Shown here: one piece after another, positions 17,558-27,200 of the stretch | Position numbering within the stretch: the first letter of the stretch is position 1 | How the letters are laid out: every line of letters begins with the position of its first letter | Assembly: GCA_038231155.1 (NCBI GenBank) | Contig: JBBRLY010000014.1 | Span: forward strand, 22,792 to 86,791 | DNA length: 64,000 nucleotides | Direction of reading: 5' to 3' | DNA from: Candidatus Saccharimonadales bacterium | Lineage (GTDB): Bacteria > Patescibacteriota > Saccharimonadia > Saccharimonadales > JANWIN01 | The notes under the pieces: model-generated | Told to the model about the DNA's origin: nothing | The model's input: the letters and a program-made list of their open reading frames with translations, nothing else | The model's database searches: none | Made by a program: the position numbers and the translations under genes

Positions 17558-19222
17558 ATGGAAATAAATAATTTCAAAAAAAGATCCCACAAACACCATC
17601 ACAATAGCATAGATGGCTTTATCTCGGCAGACAGTTTTAAAAAAGCCTCCGGTAGTATAGAGTTTGAAAAACGCGGTCATGGTCGGTTAGGTCAAGATCA
17701 AGCTAATAAAATTGATGATTTTAATAGACCAGATGGATACCATCCAACAGTACCTACAGTTACTGGTACTGAACCGCAAACTTCACTCTTATCAGCTACA
17801 CCAAGACATAGACACCAGCCGGGAGGTATAGAAAATGGGATATCGACAAATAATAAGCCAAAGAGGCGCCGGAAGCTCAGAACATTACCACATAGGCCTA
17901 AATCTTGGCCTAAATTTATAGCTAAAACTGCTCTAACTTTAACGCTTCTAGCTTTTCTAACTGGTGGATTTTTAGCATATAAATTATATGCTACGCAAAA
18001 GCAGGTTTTTAAAGGCGGTGGTCAAGCCCCGGGGGTGTGTGATGGCAATATTCCTATAAGTAAACTTAATTCCGAAGGAGATAGCCGTGTTAACGTTTTG
18101 TTAGCCGGTATCGGTGGACCCGGCCACGACGGACCTGATCTAACTGATACTCTTATTTTAGCCAGTATCGATACAGTTAATAATAAAATTGATCTGCTCA
18201 GTATACCGCGTGATTTATGGGTGAAATCTTCTGGCTATAGCAGTAATAAGATTAATGCTGTTTATGCTTTTGCTAAACAAGCTTCATCATCAAATGCCTT
18301 AACTGTTCAAGAAAAAGATGGACTCAAAGCTTTAGATTCAACAGTGAAAAAAGTTATGGGAGTACCGATACATTATAATGTCTTAGTTGATTTTACTGCT
18401 TTTAAAGATGCAGTGAATGCTGTTGGCGGTGTAAATGTTAATGTACCTGAAACGCTTTACGATCCGACAATTGCTTGGGAAAACCATAATAATCCATATA
18501 TTGCACTTAAGGGTAATCAAACCTTTAATGGAGCCAAAGCGCTTCTATATGCAAAGTCTCGAGAAACTAGCAGTGATTTTGCTAGAGGTGAACGGCAGCG
18601 ATTATTATTAGTAGCTCTAAAAGATAAAGCACTATCACTTGGTACTTATGCTAATCCGCTTAAAGTCTCCAACTTGCTAGATAGCTTTGGCAATAATGTT
18701 TATACCGATTTTGATATAGGTAGTGTTAAATGTCTATATAAACAAATATCTCAAGTTCCATCTAGCAGTATTAAATCCCTAGATTTGGTTAAACCGCCAA
18801 ATAACTTTGTAACCACCGGTGATATTGGCGGTCAATCTGTTGTAAGGCCGATTGCCGGTTTATATGATTATAGTCAGATTCAGAATTATATACGCAATAC
18901 CTTGAAAGATAGCTTGATCGCTAAGGAAAATGCCAACATAACTATTTTAAATGGTACCAATGTAACGGCTTTAGCAACTAAAGAAGCTACGTTACTGAAG
19001 TCCTATGGCTATAACGTCGGTTTAGTTGGAGATGCACCCAACCGCAATTATCAAAAAACTGTATTAGTGGAGTTGAGAGGCGATCCTAAAAAGTATACCC
19101 AACATTATCTAGAAAATCGCTTAAGTGTAACTGCGGTAAATAAGCTACCTGATAATTCTATCAGCTCCGGCTCAGCTGACTTTGTTATAATACTTGGTGC
19201 TGATGCGGCGTATAGCAGCTAA
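17558..19222 (+). CDS. LytR-CpsA-Psr (LCP) family cell-envelope polymer transferase with a LytR_C-like C-terminal domain
   Basis: VNVLLAGIGG...DLTDTLILASID...LLSIPRDLWV...ARGERQR blocks. Long basic/His-rich cytoplasmic N-terminus, then one TM. Confidence 0.85.
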   Translation: MEINNFKKRSHKHHHNSIDGFISADSFKKASGSIEFEKRGHGRLGQDQANKIDDFNRPDGYHPTVPTVTGTEPQTSLLSATPRHRHQPGGIENGISTNNKPKRRRKLRTLPHRPKSWPKFIAKTALTLTLLAFLTGGFLAYKLYATQKQVFKGGGQAPGVCDGNIPISKLNSEGDSRVNVLLAGIGGPGHDGPDLTDTLILASIDTVNNKIDLLSIPRDLWVKSSGYSSNKINAVYAFAKQASSSNALTVQEKDGLKALDSTVKKVMGVPIHYNVLVDFTAFKDAVNAVGGVNVNVPETLYDPTIAWENHNNPYIALKGNQTFNGAKALLYAKSRETSSDFARGERQRLLLVALKDKALSLGTYANPLKVSNLLDSFGNNVYTDFDIGSVKCLYKQISQVPSSSIKSLDLVKPPNNFVTTGDIGGQSVVRPIAGLYDYSQIQNYIRNTLKDSLIAKENANITILNGTNVTALATKEATLLKSYGYNVGLVGDAPNRNYQKTVLVELRGDPKKYTQHYLENRLSVTAVNKLPDNSISSGSADFVIILGADAAYSS

Positions 19223-19952
19223 ACTAAAACCGGCCGGTGGATTTTCCTATATTATCCATATATTATTGACGGCGTTATTGCCAGTCATTGTTTTTATTTT
19301 AGTCAGATTAAACTTTATTGGCTTGGCAGTATCGGTTATTTTACTTAGTAAATGGCGTATGTTTGCCGTTAAACCGAGGCATTGGCCGGCAAATATTCGG
19401 TCCAACGCTGTAGATTTAACTGTCGGGTTATCTTTCTTAATCTTTATGATTCATAGTGATAGTCAGGTAATCCAGTTAATGTGGACTGCTTTATACATAA
19501 TTTGGCACGTATTAATCAAGCCATTGTCTAACACTTTGGGTGTGGCGGCTCAAGCTTTTATTGCTCAATTCGTTGGCTTAACGGCTCTGTTTCTAAACTG
19601 GGGTGATGCTCCCGTTTATAGCTTGGTAATATTGACTTGGCTAGTGTCTTATAGTGCTGCCAGACATTTTTTAACTACTTTTGACGAACCGTTAACCCGT
19701 TATATGGCTAATAGCTGGGCTTATTTTAGCGCTGCTTTAGTATGGGTGCTTAGTCATTGGTTGCTTTTTTATGGCAATATTGCCCAACCTACACTTATAT
19801 TAGCGGTTATCGGCTTCACACTTGCAAGCATTTACTATTTAGAACAAACAGACCGTTTATCTATTCTGCTACGTCGACAGTTGTTATTTATTATGATTGC
19901 GGTAATTATTATTGTATTAGCATTTTCCGATTGGGGAGATAAAACCATTTAA
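19203..19952 (+). CDS. Polytopic membrane protein, function unknown
   Basis: About 7 hydrophobic helices. The ORF begins at TTG 19194; the first ATG is at 19203. It overlaps the LCP gene end, which suggests co-transcription. Confidence 0.55.
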   Translation: MRRIAAKLKPAGGFSYIIHILLTALLPVIVFILVRLNFIGLAVSVILLSKWRMFAVKPRHWPANIRSNAVDLTVGLSFLIFMIHSDSQVIQLMWTALYIIWHVLIKPLSNTLGVAAQAFIAQFVGLTALFLNWGDAPVYSLVILTWLVSYSAARHFLTTFDEPLTRYMANSWAYFSAALVWVLSHWLLFYGNIAQPTLILAVIGFTLASIYYLEQTDRLSILLRRQLLFIMIAVIIIVLAFSDWGDKTI

Positions 19953-19961
19953 GGGGGTAAT

Positions 19962-21137
19962 ATGGCCAATAACTTGAACGTTCAACCGGGAGCAGCATCA
20001 CCAAGAAAATCAGCGCTAGTCTCATTAGTTTTGTTAGCCTGTTTAGGTATGGGTTATTTAGGCGGTTGGTTGAGTAGTCATAACCACAACCTTAATAATT
20101 CTAGCAACACATCGCGACAGCAAGTAGTACTAAATGAAAGCCAACTAACACGAGATATCGCTTCCCAAGTTGGCCCAAGTGTTGTTTCTATAGATGTTAC
20201 TACGCAGACTAGTCAGACAGATTTTTTTGGATTTAACCAACCAACTCAACAGCAGGGCGCAGGAACTGGCTTTATAATTAGTAGTGACGGTGTAATTTTA
20301 ACTAATCGGCACGTTGTCCCAGCTGGTGTAACTAATGTCAGGGTGACCCTGTCTGACGGTACTCAATTAAAGGATGTTAGTGTTATTGGCCGCACATCTG
20401 ATTCTGATTCTCTCGACATAGCTTTTCTTAAAATAAATAACACACAAGCTAAGAAACTCGCCCCGATTACAATTGGTGATTCCAGTAAAGTACAAGTTGG
20501 AGATAAAGTGGTAGCCATTGGTAACGCCTTAGGTCAGTTTCAAAATACAGTTACTTCAGGCATAATTTCTGGTTACGGTCGAAGCGTTCAGGCAGGCGAT
20601 AGTAGTGGTGCTGGGACTGAAACGCTGCAAGATCTATTCCAGACAGATGCAGCAATTAATGAGGGTAACTCTGGCGGTCCCCTAGTTGATATAAATAGTC
20701 AGGTAATTGGTATAAATACCGCAATTGCCGGAAATGCTCAAAGTATTGGTTTTGCTATTCCTATTAATGATGCAAAAGGCTTGATTAATAGTGTCTTAAA
20801 GCAAGGTAAACTGTTACGACCTTATCTAGGGATACATTATATTTCGTTAACTGATGACGTAGCCTCACAGCTTAATTTGAGTATAAAACGGGGGGCTTAT
20901 ATAGCACCAGCCAGTGCTGGTCAACCGTCTATTATTGACGGTAGCCCAGCTCAAAAAGCCGGTCTTCAAGAGAAAGATATTATTACAAAAGTTAATAATA
21001 TAGATGTTGGAGCGACTAATAGTTTGACGGCTGTTTTAGGTAGATTTAACGTAGGCGATAAAGTAGCACTAACAGTTATACGAAACGGTAAAACAATTAC
21101 TGTTCAAGTCGCGCTGGCTGCTGCTCCAGCTGGTTAA
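19962..21137 (+). CDS. HtrA/DegP-family serine protease with one PDZ domain
   Basis: SD AAGGGGG. Catalytic blocks TNRHVV, D..DIAFLK and GNSGGPL. A PDZ-like C-terminus and an N-terminal TM anchor are present. Confidence 0.85.
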   Translation: MANNLNVQPGAASPRKSALVSLVLLACLGMGYLGGWLSSHNHNLNNSSNTSRQQVVLNESQLTRDIASQVGPSVVSIDVTTQTSQTDFFGFNQPTQQQGAGTGFIISSDGVILTNRHVVPAGVTNVRVTLSDGTQLKDVSVIGRTSDSDSLDIAFLKINNTQAKKLAPITIGDSSKVQVGDKVVAIGNALGQFQNTVTSGIISGYGRSVQAGDSSGAGTETLQDLFQTDAAINEGNSGGPLVDINSQVIGINTAIAGNAQSIGFAIPINDAKGLINSVLKQGKLLRPYLGIHYISLTDDVASQLNLSIKRGAYIAPASAGQPSIIDGSPAQKAGLQEKDIITKVNNIDVGATNSLTAVLGRFNVGDKVALTVIRNGKTITVQVALAAAPAG

Positions 21138-21146
21138 CTTACCATC

Positions 21147-21968
21147 TTAAACCTTTTTAAAGAGTTGAATAAAATCGTCAGTTTTATATAACTGGTAATT
21201 AGCCGTACTTGCAATTGTAACCATATCCTTATGCTGAAAGGGCAGCGATTCTGTAAGTATAAATTGAGCCGGCACTCCACTGCTGTTAAGTTGTTTAAAC
21301 AGGCGTCTATATAAATCTAATCCATCCTTACCGCCAAAGATAGCTTGAGGCGGTTCTTTTTGAGCAGCTTGATTGATTTTATAGTGGTCAGGTACATAAG
21401 GTAAGTTGCAAAGAAAAGCGAAAACTGGAGCGTCCAAAGTAGATAGCGGCTCAAGCAAGTCTCCCAATAATAAATTAACCTCTACTTTATATTTTTTAGC
21501 ATTACGCTCAGCCACTTTTAAACATTTTTTATTTATGTCTGTTGCTATAATTTTTGTTTTGGCTATTTCAAGTTTAGCTGTCACTGCCAAGGCACCAGAA
21601 CCTGTACCAATGTCTACAATAGTAAGTTCTTTGCCCTCAAACTTTATGAGCAATTTCAGTAACTTTATCATTGTCTCGCTTTCTGGTCTAGGCTCCAGTA
21701 CATCTTTATTTATAAAAAATTCTCGACCATAAAATTCAGTTTTAGCCCTTATATAAGCTAGAGGTTCATGCTTAATTCGTCTTTGAATTTGTTTTTCCAA
21801 TTTGGCATAAATTGAACCTGGTACAATCTTTTCAGAATTCGCCAGAAGATAAGACCGGTCTTTACTAGTAGCATCTTCTAACAGTACTATGCTATCGAGC
21901 CTGGCTGTGCCAATTCCAGCTTCATCTAGTTTTTTATTAGCTTGCCTTAGCCATTCACTGATTTTCAT
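21147..21968 (-). CDS. prmC: Release-factor glutamine N5-methyltransferase
   Basis: SAM motif [11 protein letters not shown] and the NLPYV variant of NPPY. It overlaps the prfA stop by 14 nt. Confidence 0.85.
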   Translation of the reverse strand: MKISEWLRQANKKLDEAGIGTARLDSIVLLEDATSKDRSYLLANSEKIVPGSIYAKLEKQIQRRIKHEPLAYIRAKTEFYGREFFINKDVLEPRPESETMIKLLKLLIKFEGKELTIVDIGTGSGALAVTAKLEIAKTKIIATDINKKCLKVAERNAKKYKVEVNLLLGDLLEPLSTLDAPVFAFLCNLPYVPDHYKINQAAQKEPPQAIFGGKDGLDLYRRLFKQLNSSGVPAQFILTESLPFQHKDMVTIASTANYQLYKTDDFIQLFKKV

Positions 21969-23016
21969 TATTTATAAGGGTATGCTCGTACGCCAATAGT
22001 TTTTCTGTAATGTCATCAAAATTACCGTCCAAGGCTCCAGGTAAGTTGCTACGGCTATAGCTAATGCGATGATCAGTAATACGATCTTGAGGGAAGTTAT
22101 ATGTACGTATTTTTTCACTGCGATCACCAGAACCAATTAATTTTTTACGAGCATCTGATAGTTGTTGCTGATCATCTTCAATTTTCTTTTGCAGTAGGCG
22201 TGAACGAAGAACGCTCATAGCTTTTGCTTTATTTTTTATTTGAGATTTTTCATCCTGGTTAGCAACCACCAAGCCTGTGGGCAGGTGAGTAATACGAACC
22301 GCTGAATCAGTAGTATTAACACTTTGTCCACCATGGCCTCCGCTACGAAATACATCAATTCGTAAATCGGCATCTTTAATTTCAATATCAGTTTCCTCGG
22401 CCTCAGGCATTACAGCTACAGTTACGGTGCTAGTATGAACGCGACCTTGACTCTCGGTTACTGGCACGCGTTGAACTCGATGTACTCCAGCCTCGAACTT
22501 AAGATTTTTATATACATTTGGTCCATGAATTTCAAAGATTATTTCTTTGTAACCACGGGCTTCAGAAGGGCTTTCACTAACAAGTTCTGTTTTATAGTTT
22601 TTACGTTCGGCCCAGTGACTATACATGCGAAATAACTCACCAGCAAATAAACTAGATTCGTCACCACCGGCTGCTGCTCTAATTTCAATAATTGCATCTT
22701 TTTCATCATTCGGGTTTATATCTGTTAGCAGATTATTAATCTGAGCCAAGACCTCTAAGCTTCTTTTATTAATCGTTTTTAGTTCTTCGATAGCTAACTG
22801 GGTGATACCCGGATCTTTGTCTTGGGAAAGTTGTAAGGTGTCGATAGCTAACTTTTCTAACTCATCTTGCTTGTCAAATAGTGCAATTAGCTCAGTCAGT
22901 TCATTAGCTCGCTTGGCAAGCTTAGGGTAGTCTTTAGAACTAAATATAGCTGAATCTTGTAACCTAAGTTGTAAATCATCATATTCTTTACGAAGCGTTG
23001 ATTCTTTGTCTTCCAT
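21955..23016 (-). CDS. prfA: Peptide chain release factor 1
   Basis: GGQ motif ([20 protein letters not shown]) and the RF1-type tripeptide motif PVT ([10 protein letters not shown]). Confidence 0.95.
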   Translation of the reverse strand: MEDKESTLRKEYDDLQLRLQDSAIFSSKDYPKLAKRANELTELIALFDKQDELEKLAIDTLQLSQDKDPGITQLAIEELKTINKRSLEVLAQINNLLTDINPNDEKDAIIEIRAAAGGDESSLFAGELFRMYSHWAERKNYKTELVSESPSEARGYKEIIFEIHGPNVYKNLKFEAGVHRVQRVPVTESQGRVHTSTVTVAVMPEAEETDIEIKDADLRIDVFRSGGHGGQSVNTTDSAVRITHLPTGLVVANQDEKSQIKNKAKAMSVLRSRLLQKKIEDDQQQLSDARKKLIGSGDRSEKIRTYNFPQDRITDHRISYSRSNLPGALDGNFDDITEKLLAYEHTLINNENQ

Positions 23017-23094
23017 GTCTATTACAAGTTTATAGGTTTTAGGCAGTAGTTTATAGTACTAAAAACTACTGACAAATAACTAATAGTTATAAAT

Positions 23095-23445
23095 TTAAGA
23101 AGCTTTAGCTTCTTGCTTAGCAGTTTGTTTTTCTTGCTTGGCTTGTTTGCGGGTAACATGTTTTTTAGCAGCTTTGGCACGTGTTTCACGTGCAGCATCA
23201 CCAGCAGCGGCCCGAGCTTTAAATTTATCTACCCGACCTTCAATATCTACAATACGTTCTTCACCGGTAAAAAAAGGATGAGAGGCGCTTGAAATATGCA
23301 CTTTAGCAAGGGGATATTCAGTGCCATCCTCCCATTTAATTGTCTCTTCAGTCTCTACTGTAGAGCGCGTCAAAAAACGGGTACCATTATTGAGATCTTC
23401 AAATACCACTAGTCTATAATTGTCTGGGTGTAGTCCTTTTTTCAT
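23095..23445 (-). CDS. rpmE: Ribosomal protein L31 (type B, no CxxC) with a basic K/A-rich C-terminal extension of about 45 aa
   Basis: [10 protein letters not shown]...HPFFTG. The ORF extends two codons further (MVM) to 23451. Confidence 0.9.
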   Translation of the reverse strand: MKKGLHPDNYRLVVFEDLNNGTRFLTRSTVETEETIKWEDGTEYPLAKVHISSASHPFFTGEERIVDIEGRVDKFKARAAAGDAARETRAKAAKKHVTRKQAKQEKQTAKQEAKAS

Positions 23446-23510
23446 AACCAATGCAGTATACCATCTGTTAAGAGGTAGTCAAGAAGTTTATGCCTGCTGA
23501 TCGGGGCGGG

Positions 23511-23636
23511 TTGAAAATATTACCCAAAAATGTTATATTTAAAGTCTATTAAATTAAACAGGCTGGGAAAGAATCCTCTCAATTACTTCCGTGCAGGAAC
23601 GATTGAGCGCACCGGTTCGAAGAGAAAGGATTATTT
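23511..23636 (+). promoter_or_regulatory. rpsB promoter and structured 5' leader
   Basis: TTGAAA (23511-23516), 17 nt, TGtTATATT (-10 at 23534-23539). The leader of about 90 nt contains the hairpin CTCAAT-TAC-TTCC-GTGCA-GGAA-CG-ATTGAG (23578-23607). AATCCTCTC (23572-23580) is partly complementary to the SD region GAGAAAGGATT (23621-23631). Confidence 0.4.
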
Positions 23637-24446
23637 ATGGCATCATTAACTGATGTAGACGGTGTTAAAAGTAAATCCAAGGTAACTACTAGCGCACCGG
23701 CTAAAAGTCGCAATTTAAGCGAAGTGGATATTAAGCAATTATTGGAAGCTGGTGCACACTTTGGTCATAAAACTAGTCGCTGGCATCCTAAAATGGCAGC
23801 CTATATCCATAGTAAGCGTGAAGGCTCTCATATTATTGACCTGACAAAAACTGTTCCGGCTTTGCAAAATGCTCTAGAGTTCTTAACTGACACTACTAAG
23901 GCAGGTAAACAAGTACTGCTAGTTGGTACTAAACGTCAGGCTAAGGATGTTATTAAAAAAATGGCTGACGATACTAACATGCCTTATGTGTCTGAACGCT
24001 GGTTAGGCGGTTTATTAACAAATCAAAAAACAATTGGTGCTAGAATCAAACACCTCAAGGATCTGGAATCCAAAATGGAATCGGGTCAATTAGCAGCCAA
24101 ATACAGTAAACTAGAATTGCAGCGATACCAAGAAGAGATAGATCATATGAACTATTTATATGGTGGAGTTAAAAATTTGATGGCTAAGCCTGGTGCGGTG
24201 TTTATCGTAGATATAGTACATGAGGCCAATGCACTTCGCGAAGCACGTAAATTAGGACTTAAAATAGTGGCAATTGTTGATACTAACGCCGATCCTAGCC
24301 TGGTAGATTACCCGATACCGGCCAATGACGATGCTATTAAAACTATTCAACTGATAGCCGATTATGTTCAATATGCTATAGAACAAGGTAAAGCTAAACA
24401 AAAACCAACCGACAAAACAGACACTAAGAAAGATGAGGAAGAGTAA
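23637..24446 (+). CDS. rpsB: Ribosomal protein S2
   Basis: LLEAGAHFGH..SRW.PKM and ERWLGG.LTN blocks. It has an N-terminal extension of about 30 aa. Confidence 0.95.
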   Translation: MASLTDVDGVKSKSKVTTSAPAKSRNLSEVDIKQLLEAGAHFGHKTSRWHPKMAAYIHSKREGSHIIDLTKTVPALQNALEFLTDTTKAGKQVLLVGTKRQAKDVIKKMADDTNMPYVSERWLGGLLTNQKTIGARIKHLKDLESKMESGQLAAKYSKLELQRYQEEIDHMNYLYGGVKNLMAKPGAVFIVDIVHEANALREARKLGLKIVAIVDTNADPSLVDYPIPANDDAIKTIQLIADYVQYAIEQGKAKQKPTDKTDTKKDEEE

Positions 24447-24546
24447 AGCAATTTTCAATTTAATAAATGGACATTAATTCTTAAACATTTGTTAATTGAT
24501 TGAAAAAAAATAAATCTGTAATATTGATAAGTGAACGGGAGTTAAA

Positions 24547-25146
24547 ATGACTGATATAAATATAGAAGACATTAAGCGGCTTAAAAACCTCACAGGTGTT
24601 GGCTTAACAGATGCTAAAAAAGCTCTTGAAGAGTCATCTGGTGATTTTGACACAGCTTTAGCGGCGATGCGTAAAAAAGGACTTACTAAGGCCGAGAAAC
24701 GCGGTGAGCGCGAAGCCCGCGCCGGTATAATCGGTACCTACAATCATGATGGTCGCATTGGTGTGTTAGTAGAAGTTAATTGCGAAACTGATTTTGTAGC
24801 ACGTAACCAAATTTTCACTAACCTTGTCAAAGATTTAGCTATGCAGGTGGCGGCTAGCGCACCTGAGTATGTATCTATTGAAGACATACCGGCAGATGTT
24901 AAAGCTAAAGCCGAAGCTGAGTTTAAAGAAAAGTTAAAATCAGAAGGGAAACCCGGCAACATGATTCCCGAAATAATTAATGGTATGATCAAAAAACATT
25001 TTGCAGAGAAGTGTTTACTGGATCAATCGTTCGTTAAGAATCCAGAACAAACTGTCGGTGATTATGTAAAAGTACACAACGCCAAGCTAGGCGAGAATAT
25101 TATTGTACGTCGATTCAATCGTATGGCTTTAGGCGAAGTTAGTTAA
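24547..25146 (+). CDS. tsf: Elongation factor Ts (short form)
   Basis: UBA-like start IKRLKNLTGVGLTDAKKALEES and the VEVNCETDFVARN block. Confidence 0.9.
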   Translation: MTDINIEDIKRLKNLTGVGLTDAKKALEESSGDFDTALAAMRKKGLTKAEKRGEREARAGIIGTYNHDGRIGVLVEVNCETDFVARNQIFTNLVKDLAMQVAASAPEYVSIEDIPADVKAKAEAEFKEKLKSEGKPGNMIPEIINGMIKKHFAEKCLLDQSFVKNPEQTVGDYVKVHNAKLGENIIVRRFNRMALGEVS

Positions 25147-25157
25147 TTATTACACAT

Positions 25158-25418
25158 ATGCCCTTCACCAATAGCTCTAGAGATATTTTTGACCCTTTAC
25201 CAATATGCGATAGTTGCCTAATCAAGGACATATCAGACAATCAGCTAGAAGTTTTAGCACAGGATGAAGTTGTTAGGCTTCTGGGTATGGACGAGCAAGG
25301 GCAGAATAGCCTAAAACTATTAGAAAATGATGACTCTTGGTCTTATCAAAATAAAAGTGCAATTCGACTTTGTTTCCGGGATCACAAAAACGGTGCTTGT
25401 ATAGTTAACTTAAGTTAA
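25158..25418 (+). CDS. Hypothetical 86-aa protein with four Cys (CxxC...C...C)
   Basis: The ORF fills the tsf-frr gap with 11-nt and 9-nt spacers. No recognisable family. Confidence 0.4.
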   Translation: MPFTNSSRDIFDPLPICDSCLIKDISDNQLEVLAQDEVVRLLGMDEQGQNSLKLLENDDSWSYQNKSAIRLCFRDHKNGACIVNLS

Positions 25419-25427
25419 AATATAGCT

Positions 25428-25991
25428 ATGAGTCCAAATCAAATTATTGACCAATCTAAAATTAAGTTCAATCAAGCAATTGATCATTTTCATGATGAAC
25501 TGCGGAAAATTCGAACGGGAAGAGCGCATCCGGGCATGCTTGACGGTTTAATGGTCGAAGCTTACGGCAGCCAAATGCCATTAGTCCAAGTTGGAAGCGT
25601 TACTGTTCCCGAAGCACAACAGCTTCAAATTACACCGTTTGATCCAGCCAATTTACAAGCTATCTCGACAGCCATACGAGATAATCATTCACTAGGTTTG
25701 AACCCTATGGATGACGGCAGGGTAGTTCGTATTCAAATTCCAGCTTTAACGGAGGAAAGACGTCGTGAATATGTGAAGGTACTGAGTAGTAAAGTAGAAG
25801 ATACGATGATAAGCTTACGCGGCTCACGACACGAAGCTCTGCACCAAGCTGAGGAAGCTAAAAAGAATCGGACACTAACCGAAGATGACCTAGGGTCCAT
25901 TAAAAAGCAACTAGACGATCTAATAACTAAGCAGAAAGTCGACATTGATAGTCTAGCTAAAGCTAAAGAACAAGAAATTCTAACAGTTTAA
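25428..25991 (+). CDS. frr: Ribosome recycling factor
   Basis: 187 aa. Blocks LRKIRTGRAHPGMLD and P.LTEERRRE.VK. Confidence 0.95.
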   Translation: MSPNQIIDQSKIKFNQAIDHFHDELRKIRTGRAHPGMLDGLMVEAYGSQMPLVQVGSVTVPEAQQLQITPFDPANLQAISTAIRDNHSLGLNPMDDGRVVRIQIPALTEERRREYVKVLSSKVEDTMISLRGSRHEALHQAEEAKKNRTLTEDDLGSIKKQLDDLITKQKVDIDSLAKAKEQEILTV

Positions 25992-26070
25992 GACTGCATA
26001 AAAATTGTATTCATAATTTATAGCTTAAACTACTTAAAATTAATGAACTAAACACGTTATAATATATCGG

Positions 26071-27198
26071 ATGTCCGTATTTTTACTAGTACTAGGTTTA
26101 TTTATGTTTGTCATGCTAGTAGTGGTTCATGAGTTTGGCCATTTTATTTTAGCTAGAAGAAACGATGTGGAAGTTCAGGAGTTTGGCATTGGTTTTCCAC
26201 CTCGAGCTTGGAGCAGAAAACTCAAAAGTGGGATGTTATTTAGTCTCAACTGGCTGCCTTTAGGTGGTTTTGTGAGATTGAAAGGTGAGCATGATGCAGA
26301 TGACGAACCAGGTAGCTATGGTGCTGCAAGTCTATGGGTTAAAACCAAAATCATGCTAGCAGGTGTAGGTATGAATTTACTAGCTGCTTTTATATTACTT
26401 ACTGGCTTAGCTTTAGTGGGCATGCCCAAGCTGATCGATAATCAATACACTGTAAAAAGCGACACTAAAGTGTTGAAAAATCAAGTACTTGTCGGTTATG
26501 TGGATGCCAACTCACCAGCCCAACAAGCCGGACTTAAGACAAAGGATCAGTTGATATCTATTGGTAAGCCAAATAATCAACCGATGACTATTATTTCAGC
26601 TGATAAATTACCGTCAATTACCAAACAATTGGCAGGGGAGCCAATAAATTTAACTATATTACGTAATGGTCGGCAGCAAACACTTAGTCTTAAGCTTCGC
26701 TCCAACAATGATGTTCAAAGCAGCCAAAAAACTGCTAAACCTAAAGGTTACTTAGGTATTTCTCCAGCTGAATTTACCTTACAACGTTCCGGTTGGTCAG
26801 CACCTGTTGTGGCTATTGGTTTAATTGCACAATTTACTGCATTGACTTTACAAGGTATAGGTCACGCTCTAGGTGCATTAATCCAAGGCCATGGTTCTCA
26901 AGCTAGTCAGCAAGTAGCTGGTCCGGTTGGCGTTTTTGCAATATTGCAAAGCGGCAGTTTGCTAGGTTATCAATTTGTTTTGATGATAATTGCGATCATT
27001 TCATTAACTCTGGCAATCATTAATGTATTGCCGATTCCGGCTTTGGATGGCGGGCGGTTATTTGTAACCTGGCTGTATAGACTTTTGCGTAAACCGCTCA
27101 GCCAAAGAACTGAAGAATGGATTCATGGCACCGGCTTTGCCGTTCTTATGGTACTATTTGTTCTAATCACGGTGGTAGATGTTAGACGGTTCTTTTAA
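26071..27198 (+). CDS. rseP: Site-2 (M50) intramembrane metalloprotease RseP with a PDZ domain
   Basis: HEFGHF (HExxH) in TM1, a central PDZ, and NVLPIPALDGG near the C-terminus. TATAAT at 26058-26063, 7 nt before the ATG. Confidence 0.85.
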   Translation: MSVFLLVLGLFMFVMLVVVHEFGHFILARRNDVEVQEFGIGFPPRAWSRKLKSGMLFSLNWLPLGGFVRLKGEHDADDEPGSYGAASLWVKTKIMLAGVGMNLLAAFILLTGLALVGMPKLIDNQYTVKSDTKVLKNQVLVGYVDANSPAQQAGLKTKDQLISIGKPNNQPMTIISADKLPSITKQLAGEPINLTILRNGRQQTLSLKLRSNNDVQSSQKTAKPKGYLGISPAEFTLQRSGWSAPVVAIGLIAQFTALTLQGIGHALGALIQGHGSQASQQVAGPVGVFAILQSGSLLGYQFVLMIIAIISLTLAIINVLPIPALDGGRLFVTWLYRLLRKPLSQRTEEWIHGTGFAVLMVLFVLITVVDVRRFF

Positions 27199-27200
27199 AT

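Noticed and set aside
21406-21732. 108-aa plus-strand ORF antisense to prmC
   Set aside because: prmC on the minus strand carries diagnostic SAM and NPPY-like motifs and is coupled to prfA. The plus-strand ORF is a shadow.
23044-23071. 9-bp perfect hairpin CAGTAGTTT-loop-AAACTACTG between rpmE and prfA
   Set aside because: It could be an attenuator or processing site on the minus strand, but it lacks a U-tract on either strand and the two genes are probably co-transcribed. There is not enough evidence to call it a terminator.
23601-23625. GGTTCGAA string resembling a tRNA T-arm
   Set aside because: No acceptor, D-arm or anticodon-arm pairing can be built around it. It lies in the rpsB leader. 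No tRNA could be folded by eye in any intergenic region of the window.
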